Source of the DNA: an uncultured bacterium
GTDB taxonomy: Bacteria; Fidelibacterota; Marinisomatia; Marinisomatales; UBA1611
Direction of reading: 5' to 3'
Length of the DNA stretch: 64,000 nucleotides
Assembly (NCBI GenBank): GCA_965660855.1
Contig: CBFIBM010000001.1
Span: forward strand, 1-64,000
A program made the translations under genes and the position numbers. The stretch's first letter is position 1, and each line of letters starts with the position of its first letter. Positions 29,843-39,731 of this stretch are shown piece by piece. Under the pieces are notes generated by a model. That model was not told the DNA's origin and did not search any database. It worked only from the letters and a program-made list of their open reading frames with translations.

Positions 29843-30904
29843 TTATGAAATATTAAATTGAAAGCTAGGGTCTTTTTTTAGTATTTTAAAACTTTTTGGA
29901 TAATTTGTGATAAACCAGTAAATAAATTTCTTTAATTTAATCTGTTTTTTGATCATCTCGCCACTTCTTAAACGATATTTAGTTTTTATATCTTTTTGAT
30001 TTAATATATCCAATGCTTTTGGTAGAACACCTTTTGATGAAGAAAATCGATATATTAATCCAAATTTTTCCTGTTCTTTGATCGTACCAGCAGTTAGAGA
30101 GTTTACATAAATTGCGGGTGTACCTATCATAGCACATTCAGATGCCATTGTCGCACCTTCTCCAATAAAAAGATCAACAAATTTTAGAAGATTATGAATA
30201 CTATTGGGCTGAATTGGTAGTTCATATTTTATGAACTTTTCAGGAATTTTACCTTCGCATGAGATAAAAATATTTACGGAATCTTTAATTGAATTAATTA
30301 AAGATTCAAGATCCTTAATTAAAAATCCGCTTTGCCCAATATCATGACTTGCATTCCATGATACTAAGCGAATTAATACCGATTTATCATGAATTATATA
30401 TTTAGGATTAATGATGGGCTTTGATGAGATATTATCATTCATGTAGCATTGTTCCATAAAACCATTAAAACGGATATGCTTCTTTCCTAAATCTCGATCA
30501 TAAACATTTGGGGTAAGTACAACATTTGAAAATGGTAAAAAAGAAGCAATACCTAATTTAGCGTGCTCTGTATCTGTAAAAGCTATATGATGTTTATTCA
30601 TCATAAATGATACCTGTGCTGCATATGGTGATGCGAAGCTAATAAAAAGATCTGGACAGAATTCTTTTGCCTTTTTGAATAAAATCAAATTGGTTTTTAA
30701 AAGATATATAATTTTTCCAATTAAGGTGTTTTTCCCTTTTCCTCGATTGTAGTATCGTATGTTACAATCATTAAGTAATTCAATTGTCACGTCTTTATCT
30801 CTAGCTGAAACAAAAACATGATGTCCTTTTTTTTCTAATTTATTTATCAAAAATTTAAAATAATGGACATGAGCAGGATGACCGATATCAATGAAAAATT
30901 TCAT
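29843..30904 (-). CDS. DUF354-like GT-B fold protein
   Basis: IDIGHPAHVHYF, ARDKD, DTEHA, GEGATMASECAMIGTPA. Confidence 0.8.
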   Translation of the reverse strand: MKFFIDIGHPAHVHYFKFLINKLEKKGHHVFVSARDKDVTIELLNDCNIRYYNRGKGKNTLIGKIIYLLKTNLILFKKAKEFCPDLFISFASPYAAQVSFMMNKHHIAFTDTEHAKLGIASFLPFSNVVLTPNVYDRDLGKKHIRFNGFMEQCYMNDNISSKPIINPKYIIHDKSVLIRLVSWNASHDIGQSGFLIKDLESLINSIKDSVNIFISCEGKIPEKFIKYELPIQPNSIHNLLKFVDLFIGEGATMASECAMIGTPAIYVNSLTAGTIKEQEKFGLIYRFSSSKGVLPKALDILNQKDIKTKYRLRSGEMIKKQIKLKKFIYWFITNYPKSFKILKKDPSFQFNIS

Positions 30905-32037
30905 AATTTCTTGGTCTTGTTTATTATTTCAAGAACTTTATTCATATAGGTATTTTTTGATATTAAAATATCATGAGAAGTTTGTCGCTTATCGATATTT
31001 TTGTTAATTCTTTTTAACTCAATTGGGTTTTGAATTATTTGAGACAACAATTTTGTCAACTCAGAGTCTTTATTTGGATTAAATAAGAAACCATTTTTAT
31101 TATTTATATATTCTTTTATCCCTCCAACGTTAGAACCAATTACTGGTGTTCCTGATGCAATAGCTTCAAGCCCTACCAAACCTAAAGGTTCCTCTCTTGA
31201 AGGAAAAACAAAAATATCTGCTATATTATATAAAATATTCAATTTTTCTTGGTTTACTTTTTTTAAAAAAAAAATAGAGTTTCCTAAATGATGTATTGCT
31301 TTAAGTTTCTTTTTATTTGATTCAAGTTCTGGACCATCAGAACATATTAATAAATGAATTTTTTCTAAATTATTTTTACTTAAATTGCTTAGTCCATTCA
31401 CTAAAATATCTAAACCTTTTCTTGGAATAGCACTGCCCGCAAACATCAAGATGAACTTTGCAGGATTGATGTTAATTTTTATTTTTTCTTCATAAACTAT
31501 TTTTTCATCTAACTCAAAAAATTTATTATAATTTACTCCTGGCGAAAGCACACTTAAATTTTTCTTGTTAAAATTAAAATATTTTAAAATTTTAATTTTA
31601 ACATCAGTACTATTAGCAAAAATAAAATCACAATTTTTAATAGTAAACCTATATATTTTTTTATATATATTATTTGATGATGGGTAAATATTTAGATCAC
31701 CGCCATGAACATGAAGTATTACAGGAATATGAAAAATTTTTTTAAAAATTACTGCTATAAAACCACTTATCATTACTCCATGGGGATTTAGGACATTAAA
31801 AGATTTAATTTTAAACAAAAGCTCTATCTGACTCAAAAAGAAAAAAAGGTATTTAATTAAGTTGAAGATAAATTTTTTTCTATTACTGGCATTTCCCCAT
31901 AGATCATAAATTTTATTATAGAAAACTTTAACTTGAATCGAATCTTTATTTAATTCATCAACTAGATTTTTAATAAAAATTTGATTTATTTTATTTTTTT
32001 TTGTTGGGTAACTATTACAAATGATGGCAATTTTCAT
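30901..32037 (-). CDS. Glycosyltransferase family 4
   Basis: HGGD, KGLD.L, FVFPSREEPLGLVGLEAIASGTPVI. Confidence 0.9.
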   Translation of the reverse strand: MKIAIICNSYPTKKNKINQIFIKNLVDELNKDSIQVKVFYNKIYDLWGNASNRKKFIFNLIKYLFFFLSQIELLFKIKSFNVLNPHGVMISGFIAVIFKKIFHIPVILHVHGGDLNIYPSSNNIYKKIYRFTIKNCDFIFANSTDVKIKILKYFNFNKKNLSVLSPGVNYNKFFELDEKIVYEEKIKININPAKFILMFAGSAIPRKGLDILVNGLSNLSKNNLEKIHLLICSDGPELESNKKKLKAIHHLGNSIFFLKKVNQEKLNILYNIADIFVFPSREEPLGLVGLEAIASGTPVIGSNVGGIKEYINNKNGFLFNPNKDSELTKLLSQIIQNPIELKRINKNIDKRQTSHDILISKNTYMNKVLEIINKTKKL

Positions 32038-32043
32038 GAAATA

Positions 32044-33288
32044 CTAAGAATTTTTAATTTTTCGATTCTGTGATAGACTTCCAAGGAAGAAAAAGAATAA
32101 TGTTCCAGATGTAACAGAGTCTATTACATGACCACCAAAAAATGCATATAATAAAAATAAAGAAAAAACTAAACCATCTCTTGTAAAAATTATTTTAATA
32201 TATGTCTGGATATTCCAAAAAATGATTACTAGAAATAAAACAAGGCCAACTATCCCATATTTGAAAAAAAAGTCAAAAAAATCCATTGATGCATGTCTGA
32301 AAATAAATTCTCCGCGTTTCTCCCAAAAAATATTTTGACCCGTTAAACTTTTTCCAAATAATGCTGAATTTAAATTTTTATAAGATTCATTCATCTGGAT
32401 GTTCATGGATGCATATCTTCTAAAATTAACAGATGCAACGTTATTAATCATTTTATTATCATAAAGTCCACCAACTTTTTCTGCAGCCGCTATTGATTTA
32501 CTAATATTGAGCCCAAATCTTTTTTCATAAAGTTCAATAGCTTTTTCTGATATTGTAGAAAAAGATAAAATCATAATAAATGAGGAAAATGTATAGAATA
32601 TCAACTTATTCAAACTAAGGTATTTTCTCTTTAAAGCAAAAAAGATTGGTATTATGAATCCAAAAATACTTTTTGATGCTATTATAAAACCGTTAAATAA
32701 GGTAAAAGAAATTGGAATAATTTTTCTTCTTAATGTACCATCCATTATAAAAAAAGTGAAGAAAATTAGATTCAAAATTGATACTGGGTTTCCTCCTTGG
32801 AACATTCCTTTCGAAGTACCTGAAAAACGATATGCTTCTAAGCCAAATCCAAAAAAATAACCATTGAACAGGTTTAAGGTTAGAACAGTAAAGTTAATAA
32901 GCATGATTTTTTGTATCAAGTTTTCAGTAATAAAAAATCTGTTTCTGACATAAACTAGAATGAAAATTAAAAATTGCTGTCTTAAAATATATGGAATGTT
33001 TTCTGAGAACATCCGACCAGAGGGATTAATTATATAATTAAAGAATAAGTTGAAAATAAAATAACATAATATTAAAATTGCAAAAAATTCATCAGCATAT
33101 AATTTTTTTTTTTTTAATTGATAAACGTAATAAAAAATTAATATTAAAACTAGAGGACCTCTTACCCAATATCCAATATTAAATAAAGGGTTTGTAATTC
33201 CGATATAAACTCTTATAAACCCACTAATTGCATCAATAAATAAAAATAAATATAAATAATGCTTAATTAAAAAATTTAGGTTCAGCAT
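32044..33288 (-). CDS. Probable polysaccharide polymerase Wzy
   Basis: About 10 TMs, periplasmic loop, HASMDFFD..YG..G pattern; lies between the flippase and glycosyltransferases. Confidence 0.65.
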   Translation of the reverse strand: MLNLNFLIKHYLYLFLFIDAISGFIRVYIGITNPLFNIGYWVRGPLVLILIFYYVYQLKKKKLYADEFFAILILCYFIFNLFFNYIINPSGRMFSENIPYILRQQFLIFILVYVRNRFFITENLIQKIMLINFTVLTLNLFNGYFFGFGLEAYRFSGTSKGMFQGGNPVSILNLIFFTFFIMDGTLRRKIIPISFTLFNGFIIASKSIFGFIIPIFFALKRKYLSLNKLIFYTFSSFIMILSFSTISEKAIELYEKRFGLNISKSIAAAEKVGGLYDNKMINNVASVNFRRYASMNIQMNESYKNLNSALFGKSLTGQNIFWEKRGEFIFRHASMDFFDFFFKYGIVGLVLFLVIIFWNIQTYIKIIFTRDGLVFSLFLLYAFFGGHVIDSVTSGTLFFFFLGSLSQNRKIKNS

Positions 33289-34517
33289 ATATTTATTTTT
33301 TTCTTCAATAAATTTATTTTAGTTATTGCAGTAGCTATTTGAAATCCTATTCCAACTAGAATACCAATTGTATAGCCTATAGCTACTCCCAATAACCCTA
33401 AATTGGGGATTAATAACAACCAAGTAGCCAATGACACAGTTAAGATTATAATACCTCCAATATTAGGATAAATAACATATTTTGTTCCTGACAAAAAAGC
33501 AACAAATGGTATTGAGATCATTCGGATAAATACACTCGGAATTAAGATAGTTAATGCTGCGCTTCCAGAAATAAAATTTTCTCCAAATATTCCAAGGATA
33601 TCTTCAGAGAAAACAAAGATTAAAGAACAAATTGAAAAAGACAAAAAAATTAACAATAATGTTGATTTTTTTAATATTCTCAGAATTTCATCAAAATTAT
33701 TTTGACCAAATAACTTGGAAAACTCCGGAAGAAAAACTTGAGTAAATAGTTTAGGTATAAACATTAAAATACTAATAAACGATAAAATAGATGAGTATAT
33801 ACCGGCTTCAGAATTTGTTAAATACATTCCTGTAATAATTACTGATAAATAACCAGTTCCAGTGCTAGCCACAGTACCAATCATACTTGTAAAACCATAT
33901 TTGTAAAATATAGATGAGGTGACCTTACTATTAAATGTTTTATCTTCAATTAAATTGGATATAATTTTTTTATAATTTAGGATAAATGTGATTACAGATA
34001 ATATGATAAAAAATGAATAAGAAATAATAAGAGTTTTAATTAATAATGCATCCAATTTATTTGTACAAACGTACAAAATAGAACAAACCATTATTAATCC
34101 TGAAACTATTTCAATAATTACATATTGTTTGACTAAGTCTATACCGTAGAAGGCTCTTCTAAAAATTATATAAAAAGTTCTAACAAATATATAAACTAAT
34201 ATCGTTATTCTTATGTCGGCAGGTAATGAAAACAAATTATAAAATGAAGACCATCCAAAATAAATAATTATTGAGGATATAATAAGAGATATGAATGATC
34301 CAAAAAATATTAATTTTATTACATGGTTGAATTTATTCAAATTTTGAGATCCTCTGTATTCTGCTAAAAACTTATTGCCAGAACTTCCAAAAAAATTTGT
34401 TATAAAAATTGTGATAATTAATGAAAAGCTTATTGAAATACTAACTGAGCCTAAAACCTCATCACCAAAATTTTTTGCAATAAGGAAATTAAATAGAAAT
34501 GGTACTAGTCCAACCAT
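33282..34517 (-). CDS. wzx: Polysaccharide flippase Wzx (true start probably further upstream)
   Basis: About 12 TMs; EAGIYS, QVFLPEFS and LIPNLGLLGVAI motifs. Confidence 0.8.
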   Translation of the reverse strand: MVGLVPFLFNFLIAKNFGDEVLGSVSISISFSLIITIFITNFFGSSGNKFLAEYRGSQNLNKFNHVIKLIFFGSFISLIISSIIIYFGWSSFYNLFSLPADIRITILVYIFVRTFYIIFRRAFYGIDLVKQYVIIEIVSGLIMVCSILYVCTNKLDALLIKTLIISYSFFIILSVITFILNYKKIISNLIEDKTFNSKVTSSIFYKYGFTSMIGTVASTGTGYLSVIITGMYLTNSEAGIYSSILSFISILMFIPKLFTQVFLPEFSKLFGQNNFDEILRILKKSTLLLIFLSFSICSLIFVFSEDILGIFGENFISGSAALTILIPSVFIRMISIPFVAFLSGTKYVIYPNIGGIIILTVSLATWLLLIPNLGLLGVAIGYTIGILVGIGFQIATAITKINLLKKKINIC

Positions 34518-34583
34518 TACTAGCGCAATAGCTGTATAAAAAGAATTGAGTATTAAACGATTATTTTTAATAACCCTTGTCTC

Positions 34584-35783
34584 TTAATTTTTTCGATCAG
34601 AAAATAACGCAAAAGGGATAGAAAGCATACATCCTGTAAAAAATGATAGTATGACAATAAGAGTTCTCTTAGGCCTAGATTTTTTAACAGCCGGTTCAGC
34701 TAAATCTAGAATATTTATTAGTAGCTTTTCTTTGGCTTCATCAATTTTTGCTATTTCAAGCTGTTGACGAATTGTTATATATACAGTCCTATTCTCTTCA
34801 ACACGACTTTCGAGCCTTTCTCTAATCATTTCCGTGGTAGGAGTATCAAGGCGTAATGGATTATTTTTTCGAAATTTTGTAAGTTTGTCTTCTGAGTTTT
34901 CTGTTTTTAATTTTGCTTCTTCCATTTGCTTCTGCACAAAAATAATATTTCTATTTGCTTCCCTTTTCTGTTCTATAGAAATAAAGTTTTTTACATATTC
35001 TGCTATATAATTTGCAATGTTTGAAGCTAGTATTGGATCCTCCATTTGAACTCGAACAGTTATTAAACCTGAAATTTCTTCTTTTACAGAAATTAAATCA
35101 TCTAACTTTAAAATCGATTCATATGTGTACAAGTCTAATTTATTAAGATTTTGGCTACCTGATGGAAGAATGCTCCGTATTATTTTCATTGGTGAAAACA
35201 TTTTTATTTTATCTATTTCCCAATAGGTAATAAGGTTTGAACCTTTTGGGTATTTTTGTGATTTCCAATCTTTAAGAACAATATCTTTTTTTAACCTTCT
35301 ACTTCTAATAATATCAGGAATATTGTAGGTAGGTGCACTAGAGAGCCCGCCCATGCCAAAAGATTTTGCTAAACCTTGAAAATCTCCTAAAATACCTCCG
35401 CTTTGGCTTAGCTCACCCGCAGGGTATAATGAAATATTTGACTCAAAATAAATGGTAGCAATCAGGGAATAAGTCAAGCCAATAGTTGTGGATATAAGTG
35501 CAAATTTCACAACTAGTTTTTTCTTATACTTTAAAATATTCCAAATTTCTTTCACATTAATTTCATCATTATCCGTAATCAATGAATCTTGTTCAGATTT
35601 AATATTTTTTTTATCTAAATCTATAAATCCTCTTTTACGAAATTCTGCAATCCTATTTCTTAATGTTTTTTCAGTAAGTCCATTTTGTTTTGCTATGAGG
35701 CTCCTTTCCTCGGGACTGTCAATTATTTTTGGATGTTGCTCAATAATTTTTAATATTTTTTCTTCGTGAGGAGTTAGTTTCAT
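34584..35783 (-). CDS. Wzz/GNVR-type polysaccharide co-polymerase with N-terminal HTH-like extension
   Basis: DEINVKEIWNIL + TM1, coiled-coil periplasmic region, ILD.AEPAVKKSRPKR + TM2; first ~55 aa HTH-like. Confidence 0.8.
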   Translation of the reverse strand: MKLTPHEEKILKIIEQHPKIIDSPEERSLIAKQNGLTEKTLRNRIAEFRKRGFIDLDKKNIKSEQDSLITDNDEINVKEIWNILKYKKKLVVKFALISTTIGLTYSLIATIYFESNISLYPAGELSQSGGILGDFQGLAKSFGMGGLSSAPTYNIPDIIRSRRLKKDIVLKDWKSQKYPKGSNLITYWEIDKIKMFSPMKIIRSILPSGSQNLNKLDLYTYESILKLDDLISVKEEISGLITVRVQMEDPILASNIANYIAEYVKNFISIEQKREANRNIIFVQKQMEEAKLKTENSEDKLTKFRKNNPLRLDTPTTEMIRERLESRVEENRTVYITIRQQLEIAKIDEAKEKLLINILDLAEPAVKKSRPKRTLIVILSFFTGCMLSIPFALFSDRKN

Positions 35784-35790
35784 ATTTTTT

Positions 35791-37485
35791 TTAGTTATTT
35801 TCTAAAATTCGTTGAATAACTACAATTGTAGTAATTATTTGAGAAAAAGCAGTGATTGCTTCTCTAGTTATTATCCATTTTTCATAGTCGGGTTTTTCAG
35901 GAATGAATATTATATCAGTATTTTCAATTATTTGATTTTTTTTAAATTTTTTCTTTTGTCCTGTCGAGGATTTTATTAGAAATCTTTTACTACTTCTTCC
36001 TTTAATTAGGCCACCTGATTGATCAATATAATAAGAGATTGATTTATCTTTTATATATGGATACCTACCAGGCTTATTTACGGCACCTATAACTTCAATG
36101 TAAGGATAATAAGTAGGTATATGGATTTCGTCGTTTGCTAAAATTAATTCTTTAGAATTTTTTAAAATATTTAATTTTGTTTCCAAATACCCTTTCTGCG
36201 ACCTAATTCTAGCTTTTGCATATGCATTTTCATCAGTTGTTCTATTCAAATCATTAATTAATAAGATTCTTTCTAACTCTAAATCGGTCTCTTCTCCAAT
36301 CTCTTTATTATAAATTCTAATTTTACTTGTGTCGGCATATTCTGTAAATCCACCTGCACTTTGAATTAATTTATTAAATGAAGTTGTTAATGGATAAATG
36401 CCTGGATAATTAATTTCTCCGGATATTTTTACCATTTTTTTTGATTTCTTGTAATCTAAGTAGGGAATCATTACCTGATCTTCAGGAGATAACTTAAAAG
36501 AATTTTTTTCACCAAGACTTAAGTAAGTAGACTTACTGTCAAACTTATTCGAATGAATGATTTCCACTTTGATCTCTTTTATATCCTTTTTGAGACCTCC
36601 AGATAACTCGATGAGGTCTTCCAGTGTATCACCGTATTTATATTCATAGCTACCTGCATTTTGTATTCCTCCGTAGATATAATTTTTATATTCTATAAAT
36701 GGGATATTAATTATATCTCCTTGATTTATATACGGGTTTTGGGAAATGTCGCCCGTAGATTGAAATCTTTGAAGATCTATATTAATGGTATCATTAGCCC
36801 TAATAACTTTAATGTTTCTTTTAGATAATTTTTTGAAATCTATTAAGTCTTTATTCTCAGGTATCCGATTATTGTACAACTCTTCAATTGAATAACTATT
36901 TTGGTAATTAGAATTTTCCTTGCTGTTTTTTTCAGATTTGTTACTTAGTTCTTCTTGTATTTGCTCCTCATATTTCTGTGTTACATCAGCAAATAAATCC
37001 GATATACGACTGATGGCTGTAGATGAAAAATATCCAGCATTTTTAAAATGACCAGTAACAAGAACTTTAAATTCGCGTATTCCTTCTAATTCAACATTTA
37101 CTTGAGCATCTAGATTCCAAGTCTTTATCTTATTTCTAATAAGTTTAATGAGCTGATCAAGAGTTAATTTGTTAGTTTTGATTATACCAACGGAAGGAAT
37201 TAAAAGTTCACCGGAGGGTGATATGATAAGATTATAATCAAATGTTTCATTGCTAGAAATAACATTTATATGAATTTTATCGCCAGGGCCAACCCTATAA
37301 TCTTCAGGTATCACAGATTTATCTAAAATGAATAAGTCCTTTTTCCCAGAATTTGAAGAATAGTTTGCATTAGAGGTATTTGCCTTTGCCATTCTTTTTT
37401 GTGCCATACGTAGGGAATTAATATCTAAAGTTTGTAATTGTGGCAAGCAGTGAATAGTTAATACTATAACAAGAATTCGTTTCAT
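35791..37485 (-). CDS. Polysaccharide export protein (Wza/KpsD-like, SLBB repeats)
   Basis: YRVGPGD.I, G.LLIPSVG and repeated G.(I/V)..(P/A)G.Y...I..(A/S)GG SLBB motifs. Confidence 0.85.
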   Translation of the reverse strand: MKRILVIVLTIHCLPQLQTLDINSLRMAQKRMAKANTSNANYSSNSGKKDLFILDKSVIPEDYRVGPGDKIHINVISSNETFDYNLIISPSGELLIPSVGIIKTNKLTLDQLIKLIRNKIKTWNLDAQVNVELEGIREFKVLVTGHFKNAGYFSSTAISRISDLFADVTQKYEEQIQEELSNKSEKNSKENSNYQNSYSIEELYNNRIPENKDLIDFKKLSKRNIKVIRANDTINIDLQRFQSTGDISQNPYINQGDIINIPFIEYKNYIYGGIQNAGSYEYKYGDTLEDLIELSGGLKKDIKEIKVEIIHSNKFDSKSTYLSLGEKNSFKLSPEDQVMIPYLDYKKSKKMVKISGEINYPGIYPLTTSFNKLIQSAGGFTEYADTSKIRIYNKEIGEETDLELERILLINDLNRTTDENAYAKARIRSQKGYLETKLNILKNSKELILANDEIHIPTYYPYIEVIGAVNKPGRYPYIKDKSISYYIDQSGGLIKGRSSKRFLIKSSTGQKKKFKKNQIIENTDIIFIPEKPDYEKWIITREAITAFSQIITTIVVIQRILENN

Positions 37486-37745
37486 AATTTTAATTTATTT
37501 TTTTTGGATATGATTACAGGAACGGATCTCTATCCTTTTATATTTTCAGTTATTTTTTATTTGTTAAACTAATAGCAGTTTAAATCGATAGAGTATCCTG
37601 AATCATTATTGAAATTATTCCTATTATTAGGGACATGCAAACAAATTATTGCCCGGGCATATGCCCGATTTAGATTGGTTTTGTTATTATTGGTTTTATA
37701 CTGAAAAGCCAAATAAATTAAATAAATAAAATTAGATAAAATAAT

Positions 37746-39014
37746 ATGATTTCAATAAAAGAAATAAGAGAAAAACCAGAGTATATAGAGAAAAAGCTGA
37801 TTTCTAAGAACGATAGATCGGATATTAGTAATCTTTTAAAAATTGATAATGAGCTGAGAAATCTAAAAACTAAATCTAGTGAATTAAGAGCTAGTCGTAA
37901 TTCAGCTTCGGAGAGTATTGCTTTAATTATAAAAAATGGTGAAGATCCATCTCATGTAATAAGTCAAACAAAAAATATTGGTGAAGAATTAAAGTTTGTT
38001 GAAAAAGAATTAGACAGAGTAGAAAAAGAGTTCAGCTATATTATGGAAAGAATTCCAAATACCCCGCATGATTCTGTTCCAGTTGGGGAAAATGAATCTG
38101 AAAATATGTTAGTCAGAGAATGGGGAGAGAAGAAAGAATATGATTTTCCTCTGAAAAACCATTTGGAAATTGGTGAAAGCTTAAATCTTTTTGATTTTAA
38201 AAGAGGAGCAAAATTATCTGGTAGTGGATTTCCACTCTACGTAGGCAAAGGTGCAGAACTGGAAAGGAAATTAATTAATGCTATGCTAGACTATCATATT
38301 CACACCTTTGATTTTAAAGAAGTTTTACCATCAGTATTGATAAATAAAGAATCGATGCAAACAACTGGGCAACTTCCAAAATTTCAAGATGATATGTATC
38401 ATACTGAGGTGGATAATTTATATTTAGCACCTACTGCTGAAGTACCAATAACCAGTTTTCATAGAAATGAAATTTTAAATGAATCTGATCTTCCCCTGAA
38501 ATATGTTGGTTATACACCGTGTTTTCGAAGAGAATCAGGATCTTATGGTAAAGATACAAGAGGCCTACTTCGAGTACATCAATTTAATAAAGTTGAGCTT
38601 GTAGAATTCACCACACCTGAACAGTCATTTGATCGATTAGAAGCATTAACTTTACAAGCTGAAAGTGTGTTGCAAAAATTAGGTCTACATTATAGAGTGA
38701 TAGAGTTATGTTCTGGAGATTTAAGTTTCTCAGCTTCAAAGTGTTATGATATAGAAATATGGGCTCCTGCTGAGAAAAAATGGCTGGAAGTTTCATCTTG
38801 TAGTAATTTTGAAAGTTTTCAAGCCAGAAGAGGTAATATTAAATATCGTTCGGATAAAAATAAAAAAATAAATTTTATACATACTATAAATGGATCGGGA
38901 GTTGCAACTCCAAGGCTTGTGGTTGCATTAATTGAAACATATCAGAATTCGGAGGGTATTGTTCGATTTCCAAAAGAAGTTGCTTCTTTTTTAGGCATTA
39001 AAGAACTTTTATAA
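37746..39014 (+). CDS. serS: Seryl-tRNA synthetase
   Basis: LAPTAEVP, FRRESG, RGLLRVHQFNKVE, EVSSCSN, HTINGSG. Confidence 0.97.
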   Translation: MISIKEIREKPEYIEKKLISKNDRSDISNLLKIDNELRNLKTKSSELRASRNSASESIALIIKNGEDPSHVISQTKNIGEELKFVEKELDRVEKEFSYIMERIPNTPHDSVPVGENESENMLVREWGEKKEYDFPLKNHLEIGESLNLFDFKRGAKLSGSGFPLYVGKGAELERKLINAMLDYHIHTFDFKEVLPSVLINKESMQTTGQLPKFQDDMYHTEVDNLYLAPTAEVPITSFHRNEILNESDLPLKYVGYTPCFRRESGSYGKDTRGLLRVHQFNKVELVEFTTPEQSFDRLEALTLQAESVLQKLGLHYRVIELCSGDLSFSASKCYDIEIWAPAEKKWLEVSSCSNFESFQARRGNIKYRSDKNKKINFIHTINGSGVATPRLVVALIETYQNSEGIVRFPKEVASFLGIKELL

Positions 39015-39722
39015 TTGAGGTATTTTTTTCTATGCATTAATGTAGTTCTATGGACAAATGTGTTTGGGCTATTTGGAATTTTTATTTCTTTTTTTGAAAA
39101 AAAAAAGGGTCAGATGCTTGGGAAATGTGCAAGGAAATGGGGGCAAACAATATTATTGCTTTCAGGAATTAAATATTCAGTATCAGGGTTAGATAATATA
39201 CAAACTGAAAACAAATCTTATTTTTTTGCTTCTAACCATGCTTCTGCATTAGATATCCCATTAGCATTCGCAGGAATCCCAATCTGGCTTGTCTCAATTG
39301 CAAAAATTGAATTGAAATCAATACCTATTCTAGGTTGGGTTATGACAACAGCTGGACATGTCTTTGTTGATAGAAAAAATAAGGAAAAAGCATTTTCATC
39401 ATTAGAAATTGCAAAAAAAACATTAAATAAAAATCCGAGATCCATACTTATTTTTCCAGAGGGAACCAGAACAATCAATGGAGAATTAATGGATTTCAAA
39501 ACGGGTGGTTTAAAAATGGCTATCGATCTTGGAATACCCATAGTCCCGATAGCTTGCAGAGGTACTTATGAAATGTTAAAGAAAGGTTCAAAGAAAATTG
39601 GAAATAATAAATTAGAATTAAAAATTGGGAGTCCAATTTTCACTGATATTGACAGAAAATTAGATAAAAAGGATATTGCAATAATACTTAGAAAATCCAT
39701 AGAAAAATTATTAAATGATTAG
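39015..39722 (+). CDS. plsC: 1-acyl-sn-glycerol-3-phosphate acyltransferase
   Basis: NHASALD, FVDR, IFPEGTR; TTG start. Confidence 0.9.
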   Translation: MRYFFLCINVVLWTNVFGLFGIFISFFEKKKGQMLGKCARKWGQTILLLSGIKYSVSGLDNIQTENKSYFFASNHASALDIPLAFAGIPIWLVSIAKIELKSIPILGWVMTTAGHVFVDRKNKEKAFSSLEIAKKTLNKNPRSILIFPEGTRTINGELMDFKTGGLKMAIDLGIPIVPIACRGTYEMLKKGSKKIGNNKLELKIGSPIFTDIDRKLDKKDIAIILRKSIEKLLND

Positions 39723-39731
39723 ACAATTTAG

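Noticed and set aside
37486..37745. T-box leader for serS, or SRP RNA
   Set aside because: No GGTGGNACCGCG T-box sequence and no SRP domain IV GGAA/AGCAG motif.
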